This document shows, piece by piece, positions 35,138 through 41,866 of a stretch of DNA of 64,000 nt. The notes below the pieces were generated by a model, which did not search any database, was not told where the DNA came from, and was given only the letters and a program-made list of their open reading frames with translations. Position 1 is the stretch's first letter; each line of letters opens with the position of its first letter. A program made the translations under genes and the position numbers. This stretch comes from an uncultured Clostridia bacterium (GTDB taxonomy: Bacteria; Bacillota; Clostridia; Christensenellales; Borkfalkiaceae): contig CANRDY010000001.1 of the NCBI GenBank assembly GCA_947629515.1, positions 24,948-88,947 on the forward strand. The letters run 5' to 3'.

Positions 35138-35581
35138 ATGGATATTTTGTCGAATTTTTCGGAGCGGCTGAACGAATACATGCAGTACGCGAACCTGAAC
35201 AGCGTTGCGCTTTCGGAAAAACTCGGGGTTGCGCGTTCGACCGTTTCGGAACTTGCGCGCGGCAAGTTTCTGCCGACCTACTCCACTTTCTGCAAGATAA
35301 TCGAATATTTTTCATGCTCGGCGGACTACATTTTGGGCTTGTCGGACGACCCCAAAGAAAACGCCGTTTTCTGGGAAATTCAACCCTTTGCAACCGCTTT
35401 GCGCGAAGCGTTGTCGCGCTTCGGCAAGTCGCAATACGAGCTTGAAAAGGAACAGAGCATTTCGGGTTCTATCGTGTACGATTGGCTTTTCAACGGCGCG
35501 TTGCCGTCCATTCCGAACCTCTGCAAGGTCGCCCGCTTTTTCGACTGCACGATCGACTTCCTTTTGGGAAGAGAAAAGTAA
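35138..35581 (+). CDS. transcriptional regulator with two tandem XRE-type HTH domains
   Basis: 147 aa with two HTH_3-like units (LNSVALSEKLGVARSTVSELARGK...YILGL and ...ISGSIVYDWLFNGALPSIPNLCKVARFFDCTIDFLLGR). Confidence 0.7.
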   Translation: MDILSNFSERLNEYMQYANLNSVALSEKLGVARSTVSELARGKFLPTYSTFCKIIEYFSCSADYILGLSDDPKENAVFWEIQPFATALREALSRFGKSQYELEKEQSISGSIVYDWLFNGALPSIPNLCKVARFFDCTIDFLLGREK

Positions 35582-35632
35582 GGCGGCGGGCGTTGATACG
35601 CCCGCCGCACAATAAAAAATTTCGCAATATGC

Positions 35633-35661
35633 TTGACAAACGGAAAGCAATGTCGTAAAAT
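35633..35661 (+). promoter_or_regulatory. consensus sigma-A promoter of small RNA 2
   Basis: TTGACA - 17 nt - TAAAAT; near-identical to 32330-32358. Confidence 0.65.
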
Positions 35662-35667
35662 AAAATC

Positions 35668-35757
35668 ACAACAAGGGCTTGCCCTAAACGGTCAGCCCCG
35701 TCGGCTAATTAAAAAATAACTGCCTTCCGCGACTAAACTTTGGGCGGTTATTTTTTT
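35668..35757 (+). ncRNA. predicted ~90-nt non-coding RNA, 3' end antisense to small ORF 2
   Basis: From the predicted TSS to the bidirectional terminator, with no ATG. The first ~25 nt resemble both small RNA 1 and the 5' UTR of small ORF 2. Confidence 0.4.
35711..35757. terminator. bidirectional intrinsic terminator shared by small RNA 2 and small ORF 2
   Basis: AAAAAATAACTGCC ... GGCGGTTATTTTTTT. Confidence 0.65.
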
Positions 35758-35852
35758 ATTGTCAAAAAGATTTTATCTTTTGTGACGCGGACGACCTCTA
35801 TGTACCCCTCGTCGAGTAAACTCAACAAAAAGGTTATAAGCTCGATCCTCAT
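35748..35852 (-). CDS. small ORF 2, 34 aa (MRIELITFLLSLLDEGYIEVVRVTKDKIFLTIKK)
   Basis: Hand translation (below the ORF-track length cut-off). AAAGGGGGTG SD 8-9 nt upstream of ATG 35852. Stop lies inside the terminator stem. Shares the LLDE..YI...(R)V.K pattern with small ORF 1. Confidence 0.45.
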   Translation of the reverse strand: MRIELITFLLSLLDEGYIEVVRVTKDKIFLTIKK

Positions 35853-35918
35853 AAAAATTTCACCCCCTTTACGGGGCATGATTAACCGCCTTCGGGAAAC
35901 CCTTGTTGCTTGGATTTT

Positions 35919-35947
35919 ATTTTAGTATTATTGTTTTAATTTGTCAA
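35919..35947 (-). promoter_or_regulatory. consensus sigma-A promoter of small ORF 2
   Basis: Minus strand TTGACA - 17 nt - TAAAAT. Confidence 0.65.
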
Positions 35948-35966
35948 GAGGTTTTTTTATTGAAGT

Positions 35967-36631
35967 GCGCGCGGGCGTTTGAGAACGCCTGCGCGCGTAT
36001 ATTATGTTGTATTACATTATTATTTAAATATGAGTTCGCGTTTCAAAGTGCAAGCACGAACCACGGGGTCGAGTGCGGCGGTGTTCCTTACGCCGCGCGA
36101 GAAATTCTCTCGCTCAATCCCGCGCCTACGGCGCGCGTCATATCCCTCGAAATGACAGTGCCTTAATGCGCTCCGATAATATTTGAAAATGCTCCCCCCT
36201 CTTTAATTCTCCCCCCTCGCAAGCGAAGGGGGAGGGTTGGGTATGGGTAGGGCGCGAATGGGGAGTTTAGTGCGCTTGATTACCATTGCAATTACGAAGT
36301 GAGAAAGTTCGAAGGCGAGCGGGGATTTCTCAAAACAGCGGACACCCGCTGTTTTGCCCCGCGAGGTGAGCTTGCGCATAGTGCAAGGCGCAAGCGGTGA
36401 CCGAGCGCGGCGTTGCTCCTTACGCCGCGCGAGAAGCAAGCAAGACAAGGCGAACGAGCGACGACCGCAGGGAGTGTACAATGAAGTAAATGACTGAGCA
36501 AAAACGTAAGCGCGACACTGCTTTATGTTGAACAGCCTATCCGCCGTATTACTTCCCCGCTGTTAAGACACTTGGTCAAGCGGAACGCTTGCGACGCATA
36601 TACGAAGTTTACGGGCTTTGCGGTAGCTTAT
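35967..36631 (+). repeat. composite repeat: I, C (36036-36190, carrying a partial H hairpin at 36070-36103), E, F with nested H (36315-36433), inverted B, G; ends 4 nt before alaS stop
   Basis: Modules as in the key. Confidence 0.9.
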
Positions 36632-38431
36632 TTACTCTAAAATTGCTTTAATGCGCTTAACTCCCGCCGACACGTTCTCCTGCTTGACGATTTTGAATAC
36701 GCCCAGCTCGCCCGTGCTTTTGGCGTGCGGTCCGCCGCAGATCTCCCGCGAAAAATCGCCTATAGAGTAGGTCTTTACCCTTTCGCCGTACTTGCTTTCG
36801 AAAAGCCCCACAAACCCGCGCGATTTGGCTTCGTCGTAGCTCATCTCTTCCATAACGACGGGCACGTCCTTTTGTATCTGCCCGTTGACAAGCTCCTCTA
36901 CCGCCGTCACCTCTTCGGGCGTGAGCTTGCGCGAAAAGTTAAAGTCGAACCGAAGCCGCTCTTCGGTGATATTGCTGCCTTTTTGCTCTATGTCGGGCGA
37001 GAGCACTTTTTTGAGAGCGGCGTGCAAAAGGTGGGTGGCGGTGTGCAGGCGGGTGGTCTCTTCCTTGTGGTCGGCAAGCCCGCACGCAAACTTAGCCTCG
37101 CTCCCCGCGCGGCTCTTTGCCTGATGCTCGGCGAACGCGGCGGCGTAACCCTCCACGTCGACTTCAAGCCCCTTTTCCCTCGCCATTTCGCCCGTTATTT
37201 CGACGGGGAACCCGTAGGTATCGTAGAGGTGGAACGCCGTTATTCCGTCTATCTTTCCCCCTTGGGGGAGAACGGCGGCAACTTTTTCGAACTCCTTTAA
37301 GCCCTGTTGAAGGGTGCGCGAGAACTTGCCCTCTTCCTTTTCGAGTTCCTCGTATATCTTTGAGGAATTTTCGGTAAGTTCGGGGTAGACCTCGGCGTAT
37401 TTATTTATTATGGCGGAGGCGATGTCCTTTAACGAACCCTGCGCAAGCCCGATATTTCTGCCGAAGCGCACGGCGCGCCTTATTATTCTGCGAAGAATGT
37501 AGCCCTGATCGGTGTTCGAGGGCACTATCCCCTTTTTGTCGCCGAGCATAAACACGGCAGTGCGCGCGTGGTCGAGCACGACGCGGAACGCGCGGGTAAC
37601 TTCGCCCCCCTCGGAATACTTCCTGCCCGTCAGCTTTTCGATAACGGCGATCGCCTCTTCGAAGATGTCGGTCTCGTAAACGCTCTCCTTTCCGCCCAAA
37701 ATGCAGAGGGTGCGTTCAAGCCCCATGCCCGTGTCGACGTTGCGCTGTGCGAGCGGTTCGTACTTGCCCTCGGCGTTCTTGTTGTACTGCATGAACACGT
37801 CGTTCCATATTTCGAGGAACGTGCCCGCGGGGGCTTTGTCGAAGTCGAACGCCCCCAGCTTGTCGGCTTCGGCGTGGTTGCGGATTATGTGCATTTCGGT
37901 ATCGGGACCGCACGGACCGGTAGTTCCCGCGGGTCCCCACCAATTGCCCGATTTGGGCAAGAAGAATATGTGCTCTTTTTTTATACCGCATTCAAGCCAG
38001 AGCTTCGCGCTCTCCTCGTCGCGCGGGCAGTCGCCGTCGCCCGCAAAACAGGTAACGGCTATGTCGTCGGAGGGTATCCCCAGATACTTGGGCGAGGTAA
38101 GAAACTCGTAAGACCACGGTATCATCTGCTCTTTGAAGTAGTCGCCGAGCGACCAGTTGCCCAACATTTCGAAGAAAGTACAGTGCGCGCTGTCGCCCAC
38201 CTCGTCGATATCGCCCGTGCGCACGCACTTCTGCACGTCGCAAAGCCGCCTGCCCGCGGGGTGCTTTTCGCCCAAAAGATAGGGCACAAGGGGGTGCATG
38301 CCCGCGGTGGTGAACAGAACCGTGGGGTCGTTTTCGGGAATGAGCGAGGCGGACGGTATGACCGCATGCCCCTTCTCCGCAAAAAAGTCAAGATAGAGTT
38401 TGCGCAGCGTTCGGCTTGTAAAATTTTTCAT
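36632..38431 (-). CDS. alaS: alanine--tRNA ligase, short form (599 aa; ends after editing domain, no C-Ala domain)
   Basis: LRKLYLDFFAEKGHAVIPSASLIPENDPTVLFTTAGM, FFEMLGNWSLGDYFK, editing-domain HTATHLLH and CGGPH motifs. Confidence 0.9.
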   Translation of the reverse strand: MKNFTSRTLRKLYLDFFAEKGHAVIPSASLIPENDPTVLFTTAGMHPLVPYLLGEKHPAGRRLCDVQKCVRTGDIDEVGDSAHCTFFEMLGNWSLGDYFKEQMIPWSYEFLTSPKYLGIPSDDIAVTCFAGDGDCPRDEESAKLWLECGIKKEHIFFLPKSGNWWGPAGTTGPCGPDTEMHIIRNHAEADKLGAFDFDKAPAGTFLEIWNDVFMQYNKNAEGKYEPLAQRNVDTGMGLERTLCILGGKESVYETDIFEEAIAVIEKLTGRKYSEGGEVTRAFRVVLDHARTAVFMLGDKKGIVPSNTDQGYILRRIIRRAVRFGRNIGLAQGSLKDIASAIINKYAEVYPELTENSSKIYEELEKEEGKFSRTLQQGLKEFEKVAAVLPQGGKIDGITAFHLYDTYGFPVEITGEMAREKGLEVDVEGYAAAFAEHQAKSRAGSEAKFACGLADHKEETTRLHTATHLLHAALKKVLSPDIEQKGSNITEERLRFDFNFSRKLTPEEVTAVEELVNGQIQKDVPVVMEEMSYDEAKSRGFVGLFESKYGERVKTYSIGDFSREICGGPHAKSTGELGVFKIVKQENVSAGVKRIKAILE

Positions 38432-38504
38432 ATTGTTCCTCGATTATTTCTAAGGGTTTTGAATTGAGTTGTTTATTCGGATCGCCCGCCTCGCTTTTGT
38501 CGGC

Positions 38505-38556
38505 GGTTCGAACGCGGTTGCGGTTCGAACGTGCTTATGGTTCGAACGCGGTTTGA
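38505..38556 (+). repeat. GGTTCGAACG motif repeated 3 times with exact 17-nt period (plus a degenerate 4th at 38579), upstream of alaS
   Basis: Motif starts at 38505, 38522 and 38539. Confidence 0.8.
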
Positions 38557-38604
38557 CAAGGGAGCGGAGAACGGGCGAGGTTCGCGCAACACGGTTTGCA
38601 AAAA

Positions 38605-39996
38605 TTACTTTTTCGAAAGGGCGTAGCCCTCTTTGCCGTCCTTTACGGAATACCCCGCCGCCTCGATCTGAGCGCGGAGGGCGTCGGCTTCGCCCCAATT
38701 GCGGGCGAGCTTTGCCTGCCAGCGGCGTTCGGCAAGCGAAAGAACTTCGTCGGGCACGACCTCGACGTTCTTTGCGGCAACTTCGGCGAGGTACGCCTTT
38801 GCGTCCTTTTTGAAGATACCGAGGAGCGAATAGGTCGAACGAATCTGCTTTACGTCGTCGGCGCAGGTTTTGTCGCCCTTTGAAAGTTTTGCCGAAACTT
38901 CCTTAAAAAGCGAATACAGCTCCGACAGCGCGAGGGCGGTGTTGAAGTCCTCGTCCATGTCCCTGTTGAACTGCTCGTCTATGGCGGGGTTGCCACCCTC
39001 GCCCTTGCCGAATTTTTCTTCGACTTCGGCGATTATGCGGTAGAACTCGGTCAGATGCCGCTCGGCTTCTGGAAAGAGGTCGTCGGTTATGTTTATGTCG
39101 TTGCGGTAGTTGTTCTGCAAAAGGGCGAACTTTATCGCCTCGTTGGTGTATTTTTTGAGGAGGTCTTTCAAAAGGAGGGAATTGCCGAGGCTCTTCGACA
39201 TCTTCTGCCCGTTGACCTTTATAAGCCCGTTGTGCGTCCAATACTTTGCGAACTGCTTGCCCGTGAGGCTTTCGCTCTGGGCTATCTCGTTTTCGTGGTG
39301 GGGGAATATCAGATCCCTCCCGCCGCCGTGGATATCGATCATATCGCCGAACGCGGCGCGGTTCATTGCCGAGCACTCTATGTGCCAGCCCGGTCTGCCC
39401 TTGCCCCACGGGGAATCCCAGCTTATCTCGCCCTCTTTTGCCGCCTTCCACAGCGCGAAGTCGGCGGGGCTTTCCTTTTCTTCGCCGTTTTCGACGCGCA
39501 CGCCGTCGAGCATGTCCTCGACCGAACGGTTCGAAAGACAGCCGTAGCGTTTGAAGGAACTCACCCTGAAATACACGTCGCCGTTGGGGGCGGCGTAGGC
39601 GTGACCGCCCTCGATGAGCTTTTGCACAAAGTCGATTATATTGTCGATATTTTCGGTGGCTTTGAGCCAGATCGTCGGGTCGTCTATGTCCATTTCCGCC
39701 ATTACGGCGTTTATTTTTTCTATCATCTGCGCGGCGTAGACGTCGGCGGGGATACCCGTTTCCCTGCTCTTTTGAATTATCTTGTCGTCCACGTCGGTGT
39801 AGTTGCGGGCGTAAGTCACCTTGTAACCAATCTTTTCGAGGTACTTGCGCATTACGTCGTATATGAGCGCCTGATAGCCGTGCCCCACGTGCGCCTCGCC
39901 CGAGACGGTTATGCCGCAGGCGTACATCTTCACCTTGCCCTCTTCGAGCGGTTCGAAAACTTCCTTTCTGCGGGTGAGCGTGTTATATATTCTCAT
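38605..39996 (-). CDS. cysS: cysteine--tRNA ligase
   Basis: YACGITVSGEAHVGHG (HIGH), KMSKSLGN (KMSKS). Confidence 0.95.
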   Translation of the reverse strand: MRIYNTLTRRKEVFEPLEEGKVKMYACGITVSGEAHVGHGYQALIYDVMRKYLEKIGYKVTYARNYTDVDDKIIQKSRETGIPADVYAAQMIEKINAVMAEMDIDDPTIWLKATENIDNIIDFVQKLIEGGHAYAAPNGDVYFRVSSFKRYGCLSNRSVEDMLDGVRVENGEEKESPADFALWKAAKEGEISWDSPWGKGRPGWHIECSAMNRAAFGDMIDIHGGGRDLIFPHHENEIAQSESLTGKQFAKYWTHNGLIKVNGQKMSKSLGNSLLLKDLLKKYTNEAIKFALLQNNYRNDINITDDLFPEAERHLTEFYRIIAEVEEKFGKGEGGNPAIDEQFNRDMDEDFNTALALSELYSLFKEVSAKLSKGDKTCADDVKQIRSTYSLLGIFKKDAKAYLAEVAAKNVEVVPDEVLSLAERRWQAKLARNWGEADALRAQIEAAGYSVKDGKEGYALSKK

Positions 39997-40765
39997 TTTT
40001 ATCCTCTTTGCTCCCGTGAGCCGTCTGCATATCCTGCCGTTGATCTCCTTGTTGCCGAACCGTACCTTGTGGAACGCTCTGTTCTGCGTTCGTGGAAGGG
40101 TCGGATTGCAAGGGGGAAACGGCGTTCAACCTCTCTTCGAGGCGGGCGAGCTTTTCTTCAAGCTCGTAAGTGCGCTCGCGCAGAGCGCAGACCTCGGTGA
40201 CGACGGGGTCGTCCTTTTCCTGATAGAGGTCTACCCCCTCGGTAGAGCCTTTAATTCTTACTACCCTTGCGGGAACGCCCACCACCGTGGCGTGGGGGGG
40301 AACGTCTTTGAGCACGACCGCGCCCGCCCCCACCTTGGCGTAATCGCCCACGGTTATGTTGCCGAGGACCTTAGCCCCCGCCGAGATGACGCAGTACTTG
40401 CCTATCGTGGGGTGACGCTTGCCCGTCTCCTTGCCCGTGCCGCCCAAGGTGCAGTTCTGATAGAGGATGGTGCCCGTGCCTATTTCTGCCGTTTCGCCTA
40501 TGACTACCCCCTGCCCGTGGTCGATGAACACGCCCGCGGCTATCTTTGCGGCGGGGTGTATTTCGATGCCCGTGCGGAATTTAGCCCACTGCGAGGTCAT
40601 GCGGGCGAGAAGCTTTAAGTGCATTCTGTAAAGTCTGTTCGCCCAGCGATGCCAGCTTAAAGCGTGCACGCCCGAATAGGTGAGCCATATTTCGAACTTG
40701 TTTCGCGCGGCGGGGTCGTTCGCCTTTGCCGCCGCTATGTCCATTCGCAATCTCTTGAAAAACAT
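39983..40765 (-). CDS. cysE: serine O-acetyltransferase with ~90-aa C-terminal extension
   Basis: DPAARNKFEIWLTYSGVHALSWHRWANRL, hexapeptide repeats GIEIHPAAKIAAGVFIDHGQGVVIGETAEIG. Overlaps the cysS start by 14 nt. Confidence 0.9.
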   Translation of the reverse strand: MFFKRLRMDIAAAKANDPAARNKFEIWLTYSGVHALSWHRWANRLYRMHLKLLARMTSQWAKFRTGIEIHPAAKIAAGVFIDHGQGVVIGETAEIGTGTILYQNCTLGGTGKETGKRHPTIGKYCVISAGAKVLGNITVGDYAKVGAGAVVLKDVPPHATVVGVPARVVRIKGSTEGVDLYQEKDDPVVTEVCALRERTYELEEKLARLEERLNAVSPLQSDPSTNAEQSVPQGTVRQQGDQRQDMQTAHGSKEDKNENI

Positions 40766-40966
40766 AGTTTACCACATTATATATTAATCTCTTTGCAAAT
40801 GCAATTTATTTTGGGGGGCTTACGGCTTTTTATTTGCGCTTTATAAAAGGCTTTTTGCAAGATTTTTTATAAGAGGCGAAGCACGGTCGAACCGCCCCGC
40901 CCCTCGGTTCTTTGAAAAAAAATAACAGTTTTTATGTAATTTTTGTAAATAAACCCCCCGCTTTCC

Positions 40967-40995
40967 TTGACAAAGGCGTGTTAAAAGTTTACAAT
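40967..40995 (+). promoter_or_regulatory. consensus sigma-A promoter of DeoR-family gene
   Basis: TTGACA - 17 nt - TACAAT, 38 nt upstream of ATG 41033. Confidence 0.65.
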
Positions 40996-41032
40996 ATGAT
41001 TAGAATGTTAATTTTTCACAGGAGATTTTGCG

Positions 41033-41791
41033 ATGAAAAGGGAAAGGATCGAAGAAATAGCCGAAATACTCGATAAGCGCGGGAAGATGACTCTCGAACA
41101 GCTCGAAGAGGCCTTCCCCAACGTCTCGCAGATGACGATAAGGCGCGATCTGTGCCAGCTCGAAGCCGACGGGCGGGTGATAAGGATACGCGGCGGAGCT
41201 ATGTCGGTGAAAGAAGTGCAGAAGGTCTCGGGCGAGGAGTACGTCAAAAAGACGACTATACACATCGACGAGAAGATGAGCATTGCCCAAAAGGCTGCCC
41301 AGCTCATCGACGAGGGCGAGTGCATATTCATCGACGGCGGCACGACGGCTTATTACCTTGTAAAGGAAATGCCCGACGTTAAGTGCAACATATTCACCAA
41401 CGGCGTTGCCGTTGCGATGGAGCTTGCGCAGAAGAAGAACATAAACATTACCGTGGTCGGCGGACAGCTTATGAAAGACAACCTTTCGACGGCTTCCCCC
41501 GTCTCGAAGGACTACTTCGACAGAACCAACTTCGAAACGGCTATGGTCTCGGCGACGGCGTTCACGATTGACAACGGCTTTTCGTGCAACAGCCAGATAG
41601 AGGCGGACCTTTTGAAAAACGTATTCAGAAAAGCGAGACGGGTTTATATGATGCTCGACAGCTCGAAGATAGGAAAGATAAACCCCTACACCTTTGCGAA
41701 GATAGAGGATATCGACGTGCTCATAACCGACCGCGAGTTCCCCAAGGAGCTTAAAGATCTGTTCGAGAGCCGCAATATCGTCGTAATGTAA
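41033..41791 (+). CDS. DeoR-family transcriptional regulator
   Basis: N-terminal HTH (MTLEQLEEAFPNVSQMTIRRDLCQLEADGRVIRIRGGA) plus DeoR C-terminal sugar-phosphate sensor domain. Confidence 0.85.
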   Translation: MKRERIEEIAEILDKRGKMTLEQLEEAFPNVSQMTIRRDLCQLEADGRVIRIRGGAMSVKEVQKVSGEEYVKKTTIHIDEKMSIAQKAAQLIDEGECIFIDGGTTAYYLVKEMPDVKCNIFTNGVAVAMELAQKKNINITVVGGQLMKDNLSTASPVSKDYFDRTNFETAMVSATAFTIDNGFSCNSQIEADLLKNVFRKARRVYMMLDSSKIGKINPYTFAKIEDIDVLITDREFPKELKDLFESRNIVVM

Positions 41792-41810
41792 AATATCATA
41801 AGTATAATAT

Positions 41811-41851
41811 GCGGCGGCGCGCCATGGGCGCGTCGCCGCTTTGCGTTTTTT
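41811..41851 (+). terminator. intrinsic terminator of DeoR-family gene
   Basis: GCGGCGGCGCGCC atg GGCGCGTCGCCGC (one G.U on the plus strand) followed by TTTGCGTTTTTT. Confidence 0.75.
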
Positions 41852-41866
41852 GATATAAACCCCCTC

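Noticed and set aside
38503-38556. GGTTCGAA strings resembling tRNA T-arms
   Set aside because: There are no acceptor, D or anticodon arms around them. The motif is a 17-nt-period direct repeat.
40880-40920. Hairpin GAACCGccccgcccctCGGTTC followed by TTTGAAAAAAAA upstream of cysE, considered as a riboswitch or attenuator
   Set aside because: It is a single short stem with no recognisable riboswitch core. It may simply be a terminator or insulator between divergent units.
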